A DNA stretch of 64,000 nucleotides, from positions 64,001-128,000 of the forward strand of contig JAWAJB010000001.1 in the NCBI GenBank assembly GCA_038888155.1. Reading direction: 5' to 3'. This stretch comes from Desulfurococcaceae archaeon (GTDB lineage Archaea > Thermoproteota > Thermoprotei_A > Sulfolobales > Desulfurococcaceae). The notes beneath the pieces were generated by a model, which worked only from the letters and a program-made list of their open reading frames with translations, searched no databases and was not told the DNA's origin. Both the position numbers and the translations under genes were made by a program. The first letter of the stretch is position 1. Every line of letters begins with the position of its first letter. Below, piece after piece: positions 9,795 to 20,510 of this stretch.

Positions 9795-10907
9795 TTGCCC
9801 AAGATACCTCTACTTGAATTCTACTGCGAGAGGCTCGGAGCAGAGACTGGTATGTTCGGCGAATGGGAAGTACCTATGAGATTTACGAACGCCATAGAAG
9901 AACATATTAGCGTTAGAGCGCATGTAGCTTTCTTTGATGTATCGCACATGGGTAGGCTAGTTCTTAGAGGTCGCGATGTTATTCCTCTAATTCAATATAT
10001 CTACACTAAAGATCTATCCAAGACTAAGCAGGGTTTCATGAGCGGCCCCACACTTGCGCTCACAGACTTAGCCAGAGTTAAGGATGACGAAATGCTATAC
10101 AGGATGAGTGACGAAGAGTGGTTGCTGGTTCCGAATTCCCTTGTCCACTTAAAAATGAAAGAGTACCTGCTAAGAACTGCTGCCGAGAAGAGTTACAAAG
10201 TTGATGTAGAAGACCTAACCGAGAAATACTCCATGATAGCCATTCAGGGACCTAAGTCCATGGAAATAATGGAGTCGATTGGAGCGGGGTGGACATCAAA
10301 TATGAAACCACTTGAGTTTAGATTAAACGAGAAGGTTGGAGACGCAGTGGTCTTTTTAGTTAGCAGAAGTGGGTGGACAGGTGAAGACGGATTCGAAATT
10401 TGGGGCAATCATGGAGAAATTAAGAAGCTGGTAGAGACATTTTTGCACAAAGGAGTTAAGCCTGCGGGGCTTATAGCTAGGGATACTCTGAGGATAGAAA
10501 TGGGGTTTGTGCTAGGAGGACATGAATATGGAGAAGATCCGCTGAAGTATCCATGTGCGATCTCCTTGAGGTATGGAATGGGTTCCATTTCGTGGGAGAA
10601 AAAAGGATTTGTTGGGGAAATGGCTCTGAGGGCCTGTAAGAGGGAAGGAATTAGGTGGATTAGAGTAGGTTTGCGCATGGGTAAAGAAGCTGGCAGGCTT
10701 TTTCCTAGACCTGGCTACAGTGTTTATGTTGAGGATGTCATTGTTGGTTGGGTAACGAGCGGATGTTATTCACCAATACTAGGTAGGGGCATCTCAATGG
10801 CTTACATAGACGCTAGGTATGCCGTGTTCGGGGAAGAAGTAGAGGTGGATATTAGAGGAAAGAAGTACCCCGCCAAGATTGTTGACTTTCCGTTCATTAA
10901 AACGTGA
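9795..10907 (+). CDS. gcvT: Glycine cleavage T protein (aminomethyltransferase)
   Basis: FGEWEVP, FFDVSHMG, AIQGPKS, RSGWTGEDGFE, ARDTLRIEMG, GWVTSG. Start reassigned to TTG 9795 after GGTGG. Confidence 0.94.
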   Translation: MPKIPLLEFYCERLGAETGMFGEWEVPMRFTNAIEEHISVRAHVAFFDVSHMGRLVLRGRDVIPLIQYIYTKDLSKTKQGFMSGPTLALTDLARVKDDEMLYRMSDEEWLLVPNSLVHLKMKEYLLRTAAEKSYKVDVEDLTEKYSMIAIQGPKSMEIMESIGAGWTSNMKPLEFRLNEKVGDAVVFLVSRSGWTGEDGFEIWGNHGEIKKLVETFLHKGVKPAGLIARDTLRIEMGFVLGGHEYGEDPLKYPCAISLRYGMGSISWEKKGFVGEMALRACKREGIRWIRVGLRMGKEAGRLFPRPGYSVYVEDVIVGWVTSGCYSPILGRGISMAYIDARYAVFGEEVEVDIRGKKYPAKIVDFPFIKT

Positions 10908-10970
10908 ACTAAAGCTCTGCAAATATAAAGTATTTTACATAGTATACATGTAACTGAATGGGGATGTGTT

Positions 10971-12314
10971 TTGATTGAATATGGGGAGTCTCCTGGTTTA
11001 AGTGCACTTATGGAGCTCTACTCCGACTTAAAAACAGTAGTTGAACTAGCTGTAAATCACACTACGTGGAGGAAAATTAGCTGTATAAATATGATTGCAA
11101 GCGAAAACGTGATGTCGCCGCTCGCCATGCTAGTGTATTTAAACGACTCCATGCATAGATACGCTGAGGGCAAACCACATAAGCGTTTCTATCAAGGGCT
11201 TAAATACATTGATGTACTGGAGATAAAGGTACAGGAATTGCTTGGAGAACTGCTCAACACCGAATTCGTCGATATAAGACCAATTAGTGGCACGACAGCA
11301 AACGCAAGTGTCTTCAGGGCGTTCACCAAGCCAGGCGACAAGGCTGCAGTATCCCCAGTACAGGCTGGAGCACACGTTAGCCATACAAGGTACGGGACGC
11401 TCGGAGCTCTTGGAATAGAGCAGATCGAGTTGCCCGTAGATTTGGAAAACTGGAGCATAGATGTAGATAAAGCAGTTAAGCTGATAGAAGAGATTAAGCC
11501 TCGGATTGTTACCCTAGGCGGTTCTTTATACATGTTTCCGCACCCCACAAAAGAAGTTGCCGAAGTTGCTCACTCCGTAGGCGCTAAAGTAATACACGAT
11601 ATAGCACACGTCCTGGGCCTGATAGTTGGGGGGGTTTGGGACAACCCACTAAAACTGGGGGCAGATGTTATAACCTCCTCAACACACAAGACTTTTCCAG
11701 GGCCGCAGGGTGGGCTAATAGCTACATCTAACGAGTCTGACTATAAGGAGGTTGGAAAAGTTGTATTTCCAATGTTTGTATCAAATCACCACTTACACAG
11801 GCTTGCAGCCACTGGTATTACTGCAATAGAGATGAAGATATGGGGCAGAGATTATGCACAACAAGTAGTAAAGAACGCAAAAGCGCTTGCAGAGGCCCTC
11901 GTTGCCGAAGGGTTCAAGGTTGCACTGGAGCATAGAGGCTATACATCGAGCCACCAAGTGGCAGTAGATGTTAAACAGCATGGCCGAGGCACGAAGTGCG
12001 CTGCTTTACTGGAAGAGGCGAATATCATAGTGAACAAGAATATGCTGCCATATGATAAGCCAGAAGACGTAAAAGATCCTAGCGGGCTTAGGCTGGGCAC
12101 GCAAGAGCTCACGAGGTGGGGAATGAGGGAGGGAGAAATGAATGAAATAGCTGGCTTCATTAAGAAGGTCTTAATGGAGAGACGCGACCCCATTGAAGTT
12201 AGGAAAAAGGTCATCGAGTTTAGAAAAGAATTTGTGGAAGTACAATACGGGTTTAGGATTACTAAGGAAGATGAGATCAGGCTATTAAAGCTAATGCTAC
12301 ATGCCGAAGAATAG
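10971..12314 (+). CDS. glyA: Serine hydroxymethyltransferase
   Basis: [38 protein letters not shown] (PLP Lys), PSGLRLGT. Confidence 0.96.
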   Translation: MIEYGESPGLSALMELYSDLKTVVELAVNHTTWRKISCINMIASENVMSPLAMLVYLNDSMHRYAEGKPHKRFYQGLKYIDVLEIKVQELLGELLNTEFVDIRPISGTTANASVFRAFTKPGDKAAVSPVQAGAHVSHTRYGTLGALGIEQIELPVDLENWSIDVDKAVKLIEEIKPRIVTLGGSLYMFPHPTKEVAEVAHSVGAKVIHDIAHVLGLIVGGVWDNPLKLGADVITSSTHKTFPGPQGGLIATSNESDYKEVGKVVFPMFVSNHHLHRLAATGITAIEMKIWGRDYAQQVVKNAKALAEALVAEGFKVALEHRGYTSSHQVAVDVKQHGRGTKCAALLEEANIIVNKNMLPYDKPEDVKDPSGLRLGTQELTRWGMREGEMNEIAGFIKKVLMERRDPIEVRKKVIEFRKEFVEVQYGFRITKEDEIRLLKLMLHAEE

Positions 12315-12380
12315 ATATAGAGTTATTAATTTGCTTGGATTATTATTAGGACGTGTGGAGAAGTACAACGGGTGTAATAT

Positions 12381-12803
12381 GTGGAAGATTTAGTTGTCAA
12401 AATAAAGGGAAAGGAGTACGTTATAAAGACGGATAGAAAATACACACAGACGGATGAGTGGGCTCTTAGAGAAGATAATACACTGCGCATTGGTATATCT
12501 GATTACGCCCAGAAGGAATTAAAAGATATCGTTTCTGTGGAGTTGCCAGAGATTGGAAGGATTGTAAATAGGGGAGAAGAGCTTGGAATGATAGACTCGG
12601 TTAAAGCGACTTCACCTTACTATTCTCCTGTATCCGGCAAAATAATTGAAGTAAACAAGCAATTAGAGACTTCACCAGAGCTAATAAACAGGGATCCATA
12701 CAACGCGGGGTGGATCTTAGTGCTGCAGCTATCGAATCCCTCCGAATATGATTCGCTATTAACGCCTGAGCAATATGTCAACAAATTGAAAACTGGGAAG
12801 TAG
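12381..12803 (+). CDS. gcvH: Glycine cleavage H protein
   Basis: RIGISDYAQ, DSVKA lipoyl-Lys motif, SPVSG, PELINRDPY..GW. Confidence 0.95.
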   Translation: MEDLVVKIKGKEYVIKTDRKYTQTDEWALREDNTLRIGISDYAQKELKDIVSVELPEIGRIVNRGEELGMIDSVKATSPYYSPVSGKIIEVNKQLETSPELINRDPYNAGWILVLQLSNPSEYDSLLTPEQYVNKLKTGK

Positions 12804-13065
12804 ATAACAGCAACCTCGTTCTTAATGTTTATTTTTGAATACAAATATTAAATCGTTCATTTAAGCTGGCTATGCTGGAAACTTTCCTCGGAACTAACTT
12901 GGCATTAAGCTATCGCGGGAAAACCGGCAAATATCCTCATATTTACAAAAGCTTGTTGCCGACCGAGAGATAAGTTAATTCAATGACAATCCATCTTTCT
13001 CCTTGTTTTTAATAGATAAAAACGAGTTCCCCATTAAGAATATTGAACAACAAATGGTGATCCAC

Positions 13066-13911
13066 ATGGAGGGTGGTTTGGTAGTTATTGAGCCTGCCGG
13101 CAAGTATTTAAATTTATTGCTTAAAACAAAAAGAGTTTTGGCCACCGAGAGATCTCAATACCAAGAAATAATTATAGCAGAGATCGAAGGATTTGGCAGA
13201 TGTCTCCTCCTTGATAAGTACATACAGAGCACGGAGAAGGATGAACACATTTATCATGAGCTGTTAGTACACCCAGCTATGGCTATTCATCCTCAGCCTG
13301 AGAATGTGTTGATCTTGGGGGGAGGAGAGGGTGCCGCATTAAGAGAAGTTCTAAAGCATAATACGGTAAAAGAGGTCGTCATGGTTGATATAGACCCGTT
13401 AGTTGTAGAGCTCTCCAAGAAGTACCTTGAGCATATACACCAAGGTAGCTTCAATGACTGTAGAGCTAGAATCAAGTTAATGGATGGGAAAGAGTATATT
13501 AAAGAGGCCCCTCGCGAATACTTTGATGTCGTAGTAATGGATTTGACCGACCCCTATGCAGGTGAAGTGGCTAAGCCGCTTTATAGTAAAGAAACTTTCG
13601 AGGAAGTGAGGAAAATAATGAAGAGAAACGGCATTATTGTAACTCAGGCTGGTAGTAGTTACTTCTACCCGGAAGAGTATAAATACGTCCTTAGTGGAGT
13701 TAGAAGCGCCTTTAGGCATATAGCGGAGTACTGGGTTTGGATACCAAGCTTTGGAGTAAACGTTAATTTCATTGCAGCTTCTAACGAGTACAAGTTTGAA
13801 GAGGAGGTAGTAAATATTGATATAAGGTTAAAAAGTAGAGGCGTTAAAACGAAGTTCATTAACAGCAGACTTTTTGAAGGGCTTCTAAAGGTCGGTGTTC
13901 TCTACCCGTGA
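13066..13911 (+). CDS. speE: Polyamine aminopropyltransferase (spermidine synthase family)
   Basis: SQYQEI, QSTEKDEHIYHE, ILGGGEG, VDID, DLTDP. ATG 13066 follows a GGTGA SD (track start is 13003). Confidence 0.9.
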   Translation: MEGGLVVIEPAGKYLNLLLKTKRVLATERSQYQEIIIAEIEGFGRCLLLDKYIQSTEKDEHIYHELLVHPAMAIHPQPENVLILGGGEGAALREVLKHNTVKEVVMVDIDPLVVELSKKYLEHIHQGSFNDCRARIKLMDGKEYIKEAPREYFDVVVMDLTDPYAGEVAKPLYSKETFEEVRKIMKRNGIIVTQAGSSYFYPEEYKYVLSGVRSAFRHIAEYWVWIPSFGVNVNFIAASNEYKFEEEVVNIDIRLKSRGVKTKFINSRLFEGLLKVGVLYP

Positions 13912-13942
13912 TCACAGGGCTGTTAAAAGATTTTCATTGGAG

Positions 13943-15280
13943 TTACTTTCTGTCGACTACCAGTACTCCGTCTTCGCGCATCTCAATAACTACTACCCTA
14001 TCACCAGCCTTTATTTCTCCCTTTGAGGTTGCCCTCCAATATTCACCCTCTATCCTAACGTATCCAATTAGTCCCGGTTTGAGGTCATCAACGGCAATGC
14101 CTTCTCTGCCCTCTGGGGTGAATCTTATGGGCTTCTTCCTCTTCACTTCAATAACCTTAAATATTACAATTCCAAAAAATCCTCCTAGAACAACAGCGGT
14201 TCCAAATATAAATATCCTCAGGGCATTGATATAGTCCTCCCGTGGAGCCACTCCTGCCGGTACGTACATAGGTAGCAAGGTAAACCCCAAAGTTATTAAG
14301 ACTATGCCGCTTATTCCCACAATTCCAAAGCCCGGTATTACAAAGAGCTCCACTGCCAGTAGAACTGCGCCTAATAAGATAAAGAATGCCGATATAAGGT
14401 TCGGGTTCATTCCTGTGCTTATAAGCCCGAGAAGCATTAGCGCTATCGCGAGCGGTAGTGTAACTATTCTACCCGTAACGAGTGAAAATATAGCTACAAG
14501 AATTCCTATGGAGAGAAGGATATTGGACAAATATGCATTCGATAAAATAGATAGAGTTCTTGACCTAACGCTACATGTGTACACTTCGATCGATCCAGGC
14601 GAAACTTCTAGTTTGTAAGTTGTTCCTCCTTTCTCTATAGTAACCCCGTTTAATCTTGATATCAACTCGTTTAAGTCATTAACCTCAACGTCGGCTAGTC
14701 CAAAAGAGACAGCCGTGGTTGAGTTTATCACTTTGGCTTCTAGTATGAACTCCCTTATAAGCGATGTATTTCTACTTTTGGCTCCACCGTATATTTCAGC
14801 CTTGCCTATAACTGGCTCAATGATTTTTGATTCGTTAACAAATGTTATTTCTCCAGTTGCTGGATTTATAAGAACTGGCTTCATTGCCCCAACAATAGAG
14901 CCTCTCTGAACGGCTATAAAATCAGCTGGAAGAATAATTAGAGTTCCGGCGCTTAGAGCTTTATTTTCAACGTACGCTACTGTAGGTATATTGGAGTAGT
15001 ATATAGAATCTCCAATAGCGAAAGCTGCGTCTAGGAGACCGCCATATGAATTTACTCTGTATATTAACAGTGCGTTATTCCTCTCTGCTTCATTTATCCC
15101 CTCGACTACACACTCGGCAACTCCGCTATCTATAGTGTCCCAAGGGGGGGATATATCGATTAAAATCCCCCTACTAACAACGTTCCTAGGGTGGCTCTGC
15201 GAGTAAATAATATTCAAACTGAGGGCTGCAAATACGATAAACAATATCAAAAAAAGTCTTCCTATGAAAAGTCTATTCAT
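13943..15280 (-). CDS. nfeD: NfeD membrane-bound serine protease (ClpP class)
   Basis: Signal-like N-terminus, NSYGG, ALSAG catalytic Ser, ELFVIPGFG transmembrane region, C-terminal GEYWRA OB domain. Confidence 0.9.
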   Translation of the reverse strand: MNRLFIGRLFLILFIVFAALSLNIIYSQSHPRNVVSRGILIDISPPWDTIDSGVAECVVEGINEAERNNALLIYRVNSYGGLLDAAFAIGDSIYYSNIPTVAYVENKALSAGTLIILPADFIAVQRGSIVGAMKPVLINPATGEITFVNESKIIEPVIGKAEIYGGAKSRNTSLIREFILEAKVINSTTAVSFGLADVEVNDLNELISRLNGVTIEKGGTTYKLEVSPGSIEVYTCSVRSRTLSILSNAYLSNILLSIGILVAIFSLVTGRIVTLPLAIALMLLGLISTGMNPNLISAFFILLGAVLLAVELFVIPGFGIVGISGIVLITLGFTLLPMYVPAGVAPREDYINALRIFIFGTAVVLGGFFGIVIFKVIEVKRKKPIRFTPEGREGIAVDDLKPGLIGYVRIEGEYWRATSKGEIKAGDRVVVIEMREDGVLVVDRK

Positions 15281-16077
15281 TTGGAGCCCTCCGCCCTCTT
15301 TGACTGTTCTGTAATAGCTTTTTGTGCGGCAACTATTTCTCCAAGGGCTCTTCCACCAGCCTCCGTTACTACCACTAAGGATTTCTCCCTAGCGACTTCA
15401 ATTAACGTCTGGAGCTCTCTCAGCCTTAAGGCCATTGGATGATCCTCATATAACCTTGCAGCTTCAGATAGCACAAGCGATGCCTGCTTCTCTCCTTCTG
15501 CTTCTATTACCCTCGCTCTCCTCCACCTCTCGGCCTCAGCTTGCTTGGCCATAGCCCTCTTCATTTCCTCGGGAAGCTCTACAGCTTTTATAGTGACAGC
15601 AACTATTTTAATGCCCCATGGAATAGCCATTTCATCGAGAATTCCAGATAGCCTCTTATTCAACTCATCTCTTCTCTGCAGTAAGTCGTCTAAGTCAGCC
15701 TGCCCGAGGACATCTCTTAAAACTGTTTGAGCCAATAAGCTTACAGAGTAGTGGTAGTTTGCAACTCTTGTAATTGCGGCAACAGCGTCAATTACCCTGT
15801 AGTAGACAACTGCATCAACAGTAACGCTTACGTTATCTCTTGTCATGACCTCCTGTTTAGGGACATCAATAGTTACGATTCTCAGGTCAACCTTGCTAAT
15901 TGAATCAAAAAAGGGTATAACAAAAACCAGCCCAGGACCAATAGCTCCACGTAGCCTACCTAGCCTGAATATAACCAACCTTTCATACTCTCTTATAATC
16001 TTAATAGCAGATGATAATATGAATACTCCTATTAATGATGCAACAAGTATAGGTATTAAATCCCAAATTGTCAACAT
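15277..16077 (-). CDS. Stomatin/SPFH (band 7) protein
   Basis: EYERLVIFRLGR, VDLR, TRDNV, AMAKQAEAER, LRELQTL; ATGA overlap with nfeD; ATG 16077 follows GGTGG. Confidence 0.94.
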   Translation of the reverse strand: MLTIWDLIPILVASLIGVFILSSAIKIIREYERLVIFRLGRLRGAIGPGLVFVIPFFDSISKVDLRIVTIDVPKQEVMTRDNVSVTVDAVVYYRVIDAVAAITRVANYHYSVSLLAQTVLRDVLGQADLDDLLQRRDELNKRLSGILDEMAIPWGIKIVAVTIKAVELPEEMKRAMAKQAEAERWRRARVIEAEGEKQASLVLSEAARLYEDHPMALRLRELQTLIEVAREKSLVVVTEAGGRALGEIVAAQKAITEQSKRAEGSK

Positions 16078-16215
16078 TCCACCGCTCTTAAGTATAGAGT
16101 AAACAGAGTTATATACTAAAGATACGAAGGTAATTCTTTCGAACAAAATTGATCTAGATATTCGAGAACGTTTTTAACTTCAAGTTGATTTATGAATATT
16201 CAAAAGGTGTATAAA

Positions 16216-16731
16216 TTGGGCCAACGAGTTGGTGTGTGGATCCTTGTAGATCCCCTCAAGTGCACAGGTTGCAGGATTTGTGAAATAGAATGTAGCCTTA
16301 AACACGAAGGTACTCTATGGCCAGCAGCCTCTAGAATACGCGTCTATGAGCCGTATCCCGGTGCACCAGTACCCGTTCTCTGCGTGCAGTGCGACGATTA
16401 CCCCTGCGTTAAGAGCTGTCAATACAGTGCTTTAAAAGTAGACGAATCTACCGGAGCCGTTTTAGTTAGCTCTGAAAATTGCACATTGTGCGGTGCCTGC
16501 AAGTCAGCGTGCCCACTATCAATACCCAAAATTTTAGTTGGTAAAAAACACGTTCTCATATGTGATCTATGCCAGGGTGATCCTGAGTGTGTTAAAGCAT
16601 GTAACGGGCTGGGATATAGTGCATTGAAAATAGTAACCAAGCCTGAAGAGGGGGTCTCTAAAGTTTTCCTAAGAGATCCATACAGAGCTTCGAGAGATAT
16701 CTATTACAGAAACATATTGGGGGTGAAGTAG
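16216..16731 (+). CDS. Polyferredoxin small subunit (four CxxCxxC-type clusters) of the adjacent oxidoreductase
   Basis: CTGCRICEIEC, CVQCDDYPCVKSC, CTLCGACKSAC, CDLCQGDPECVKAC; abuts the next gene with no gap. TTG 16216 follows AGGTG. Confidence 0.9.
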   Translation: MGQRVGVWILVDPLKCTGCRICEIECSLKHEGTLWPAASRIRVYEPYPGAPVPVLCVQCDDYPCVKSCQYSALKVDESTGAVLVSSENCTLCGACKSACPLSIPKILVGKKHVLICDLCQGDPECVKACNGLGYSALKIVTKPEEGVSKVFLRDPYRASRDIYYRNILGVK

Positions 16732-18582
16732 TTGGGCGGATACTGGGGTAAAATCTTAGAGATTGATTTAACTACAGGGAGAAAACATGCAATTGATGTA
16801 GAGTCTACAATTTTTAGGAGATTTATAGGAGGGCGAGGCTTCGCAACTTACTATTTAGCTAAAAATTGCGGGGAAGTATGGGAAAGTTTAGACCCGCTGT
16901 CGCCGAATAATCCGCTCATATTGGCTACCGGCGTTCTAACAGGGTATTACCCTGGAGTGAAAATGATCGTATCTGGTAAATCCCCTCAAAGTCACGGCAT
17001 CGTAGGCTCAGCAATTTCAAGCGAAGCTGCAATAGAGCTAAAAGCTGCTGGATTCGATGCTTTAGTAATTAAGGGAAAGAGCGAGAAGCCTGTCTACCTT
17101 TATATAGAGGACTCAAAAGCTGAGATAAGAGACGCAGGAGATCTGTGGGGGCTTACGGGTAGAAAACTATTAGAGAAGTTAGCAGAAATTTACAGGAGTG
17201 AGCACGACTTAGACACACCGCCGGGTACTTTGTATATTGGTCCTGCGGGAGAGAACCAGGTTAGAACATCCGTTGTTATGTCAAAGCTTGCTCACGCATC
17301 CGGGTATGGCGGATACGGTGCAGTCATGGGATCAAAAAAACTCAAGGCAATACTGATCAAGGGAAGTGGGCCGCTTCCCGCAGTAGCTAATCCAGCTGTC
17401 TTTAAAGAGATAAGGGCTAAGTATATATCAATGCTTAAAGATCGCCTCCTAAGATTTAGGCAATGGGGTACATCTGCTGGTACTTGGCGTTGCGGCAACA
17501 TAGCAAGCAGTACACCAATAAAGAATTGGCAAGAAGAGTGGCACAGCGTGACCGAGTTCTCCCAGGCCGGTTTCGAGCAAAAGGTATGGGTAAAAAATCC
17601 CTGGGCCGATTACGGCTGCCCTGTCGGATGTATGAAGGTAAGCAGAGCTACTTCATGTAAAGGTGTGTACATCACAGATGCACCCGACTATGAGATGTCG
17701 GCGTACCTTGGCTCTAACCTTTATGTCTTTACTCCAGAGGGCGCTACTAGGCTCTCAGCAGTAGCAGATGATCTAGGGTTATGCGGTATTCAAGCGGGGA
17801 ATGTCGTCGGATTTGTCCTTGAATTATATCAGCGAGGTATATTAACTAAAGAGGATATCGGTTACGATGTCAAGTGGGGAGATGTAGACTCTATTGAGAG
17901 GTTACTCTATGATATTGCATATAGAAGGGGTATAGGGGAAATATTGTCTGAAGGAACATACAGAGCCTCTAAGAAGATCTCAGAACTGAAGGGTATAGAT
18001 GTTTCTAAATACGCTGTCCAAGTGAAGGGGATTGGCGTTGGAGCTCATGGAATTAGAAGCGGAAGAGATTACACGGGAATAATAGCTTATGCTGGCTCCG
18101 TTCAAGGAGGTGACCACACGAGCGTAGCTGGGTTGCCAGTAAAATCTACCGAGTCCGAGGCCTGGTCTGCCCTAGTGGATAGCGCCGTAATTTGCTTTTT
18201 CCTTGATCCAGGAGATCAACCACTATTAGATTATTTAAACGCTGTCACTGGCTGGAATATGAACCTCGATGAACTGTACGCTGTGGGCCTTAGAATACTT
18301 ACATTACAGAGACTTCTATTGCTGGTTGGAGGACCAGATGTGAAATGGGTACCAAAATTACACGACGAGAATCCTGAGAGGTTTTACGAACCTCTGCCGA
18401 GTGGACCATTCAAGGGTTCAGCACCAGATAGATCAAAGGTTAACATGGAACTCAGGCAATACTATCGTGAACTGGGGTGGGATGAATGCGGCATTCCAGA
18501 AGTAAAAACTATGGAAGAATTGGGCATATCAGAGTTCACGTACCTAAGGAACAAGGTGGAGAGAAGTCAAGATAATTGCTAG
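16732..18582 (+). CDS. Tungsten-dependent oxidoreductase large subunit, WOR5/GOR-like clade of the AOR family
   Basis: TGYYPG, HASGYGGYGAVMGSK, NWQEE, WADYGCPVGC, DAPDYE, GAHGIRS, SVQGGDHTS, LLLVGGPDV match my recollection of Pyrococcus WOR5; paired with a polyferredoxin gene. Confidence 0.85.
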   Translation: MGGYWGKILEIDLTTGRKHAIDVESTIFRRFIGGRGFATYYLAKNCGEVWESLDPLSPNNPLILATGVLTGYYPGVKMIVSGKSPQSHGIVGSAISSEAAIELKAAGFDALVIKGKSEKPVYLYIEDSKAEIRDAGDLWGLTGRKLLEKLAEIYRSEHDLDTPPGTLYIGPAGENQVRTSVVMSKLAHASGYGGYGAVMGSKKLKAILIKGSGPLPAVANPAVFKEIRAKYISMLKDRLLRFRQWGTSAGTWRCGNIASSTPIKNWQEEWHSVTEFSQAGFEQKVWVKNPWADYGCPVGCMKVSRATSCKGVYITDAPDYEMSAYLGSNLYVFTPEGATRLSAVADDLGLCGIQAGNVVGFVLELYQRGILTKEDIGYDVKWGDVDSIERLLYDIAYRRGIGEILSEGTYRASKKISELKGIDVSKYAVQVKGIGVGAHGIRSGRDYTGIIAYAGSVQGGDHTSVAGLPVKSTESEAWSALVDSAVICFFLDPGDQPLLDYLNAVTGWNMNLDELYAVGLRILTLQRLLLLVGGPDVKWVPKLHDENPERFYEPLPSGPFKGSAPDRSKVNMELRQYYRELGWDECGIPEVKTMEELGISEFTYLRNKVERSQDNC

Positions 18583-18877
18583 GATTTACCTTTAAAATTG
18601 CTTACGAGCACGTTGAATTCTACATGGTGGCTGGTATACAATCTAAGACCTGTCTATGAGATCAGCTGGCGATGTTTTTGCAAGTGATCTAGGAGCTGTC
18701 GGTAACAATTTAGTCCAAGGGAAGATTTTAGAGGTTTTTTATTTTTCCTGTATCATCCGAAAACGGCTTGTAAGTTAAATGGACTTCTACCTAATAGTCT
18801 TTCTAGTGAGGTAAAAGGATGATACGGAATTGGGAAAAAATAAAACAACTACCTGATATTAACATTCAATAAATACT

Positions 18878-20341
18878 TTACGCAGCCTTCCAAGGCTCCG
18901 CTGCCATTTCCTCCTTTAGCTCTCCTTTGGCTAGTTTCGTCTCCCACTCCTTAACTAACTTGCCAGCCAATGGAGCTAACAGCACCACCGCTATTAAGTT
19001 CGGGTATAGCGAAATACCAGTGACAATATCAGCCATGACCCAGAGCTCAGCAGGTTTGGCACCTAGTGAGAACAGATAACAAGCTATTGCAACAGCAGGC
19101 CAGCGGAACAATAAGATCCACGTCTTCACAACTTTCTCAGTGAATTGGATGGACTTTCGCGCCTTATACAGGAGTAAGTACCTCCACTGCACTACAGTGT
19201 ATGTTCCTCCCGTTACTAGAGTTGTGAACATGAATAAGAACGTTGAGAGGAATAGCCAATTGGCTGCCCAATCACCTAGCGTCCTCCTAACCACACTAAC
19301 CACTGCAGTGTATCCACCAACGCCAGTCTTCCACTCTCCGCTTGAGGCAATTACTAAGCCAGTGAATGTGCATATAACTATAGTGTCAAGGAAGACGTCC
19401 ATTGAGGAAGGCGGGACAGTGTCGCCGGGGTGCCTTAAGCCCTTCGCACTTGAGTAGATGTGTGGAGATGTACCCCAGCCGGCTTCGTTGCTGTATATTC
19501 CCCTTGCAACACCTACTCTAACCGTGTTAAATAGGGTTGTGCCCGCGAATCCGCCAACAACTGCCGGAGCTGGGTTAAAGGCGTAGTAGAATATGTCGCT
19601 AATACCCTGTGGAATATTGGCAGCGTGATTTGCTAAGACCATAAGGCCAAGTATGACATACGAGATTAGCATCAGGGGCACTGCTATTGACTGGAACTTT
19701 CCTACCCCAGGTAGCTCGAAAAGCCATATAATTACAACTATTGCAACAACAATTATCTCAAATGCAATAACTTGCTCGGTTGTGAGGAATGGGAAAGCCG
19801 CCTTTGTCATTTCTAACATGGTGTAGTAGTAGACGGGGAAGAGTATGCCTAAGAAGAAGCCAGCTATGAACATGCCAACCAATATGTAGCAGATTTTCTT
19901 AGGTATCTTATACATTTTTTCGAGGTACTCCATGTACCACATTGGTCCACCGTATGTTCTGCCGTCTGGTAGGACCATTCTAGTGTATGCTGCTAGCGTG
20001 CACTCAGCCGGTTTAAGGCCCATGCCCACTAGCGCGCTCATCCACATCCAGAATACTGCTCCAGGGCCACCGCTTGCCATAGCGCTTGATACTCCAACAA
20101 TGTTACCTAAGCCGACAACTCCTCCCACTGTCGTGAAGAAGGATGTAAGCCTCGATATTACACCCACTCCAGTAGTTCCTGCCCTAGCGAAGTTGTCTTT
20201 TAGTAGGAACCCGAATTTCCTGAACTGAATGAATCTTAGAAATATTGACGCTATGATTGCTACGGCAAAGAATAGGAATGGTAGGAACGGGTTCCACAGT
20301 ATATCGTATGCTATAAATCTGTATATTGCTAGCAGATCCAT
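18878..20341 (-). CDS. Sodium:alanine/glycine symporter (AGCS family)
   Basis: VGLGNIVGV, GGPGAVFWMW, GGPMWY, GVARGIYSNEAGWGT, VFLDTIVICTFTG, PNLIA. Confidence 0.93.
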   Translation of the reverse strand: MDLLAIYRFIAYDILWNPFLPFLFFAVAIIASIFLRFIQFRKFGFLLKDNFARAGTTGVGVISRLTSFFTTVGGVVGLGNIVGVSSAMASGGPGAVFWMWMSALVGMGLKPAECTLAAYTRMVLPDGRTYGGPMWYMEYLEKMYKIPKKICYILVGMFIAGFFLGILFPVYYYTMLEMTKAAFPFLTTEQVIAFEIIVVAIVVIIWLFELPGVGKFQSIAVPLMLISYVILGLMVLANHAANIPQGISDIFYYAFNPAPAVVGGFAGTTLFNTVRVGVARGIYSNEAGWGTSPHIYSSAKGLRHPGDTVPPSSMDVFLDTIVICTFTGLVIASSGEWKTGVGGYTAVVSVVRRTLGDWAANWLFLSTFLFMFTTLVTGGTYTVVQWRYLLLYKARKSIQFTEKVVKTWILLFRWPAVAIACYLFSLGAKPAELWVMADIVTGISLYPNLIAVVLLAPLAGKLVKEWETKLAKGELKEEMAAEPWKAA

Positions 20342-20510
20342 CTGCTCATCTCACCTACTGCTTGTTATGTTTGTAAGAGGGGGGTTAAAAACTTTTCTTG
20401 TTGTGATCAAAGCTCTGCTTAGTGCCTTTCCATGAAACTTTAAGTCAAAAATAGACTAGTAGGAAAAGTTTATGTACCCAATGCATCTACACTCAAGGAT
20501 GGGGGACCGC

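Noticed and set aside
9678-9802. Apparent head-to-head overlap of gcvPA and gcvT in the ORF track
   Set aside because: Artefact of longest-ORF calling; SD-preceded TTG starts at 9712 and 9795 leave an 82-bp spacer.
13908-14234. 108-aa plus-strand ORF overlapping the speE stop
   Set aside because: It is the antisense shadow of the NfeD C-terminus. The many other short antisense ORFs in the track were rejected for the same reason.
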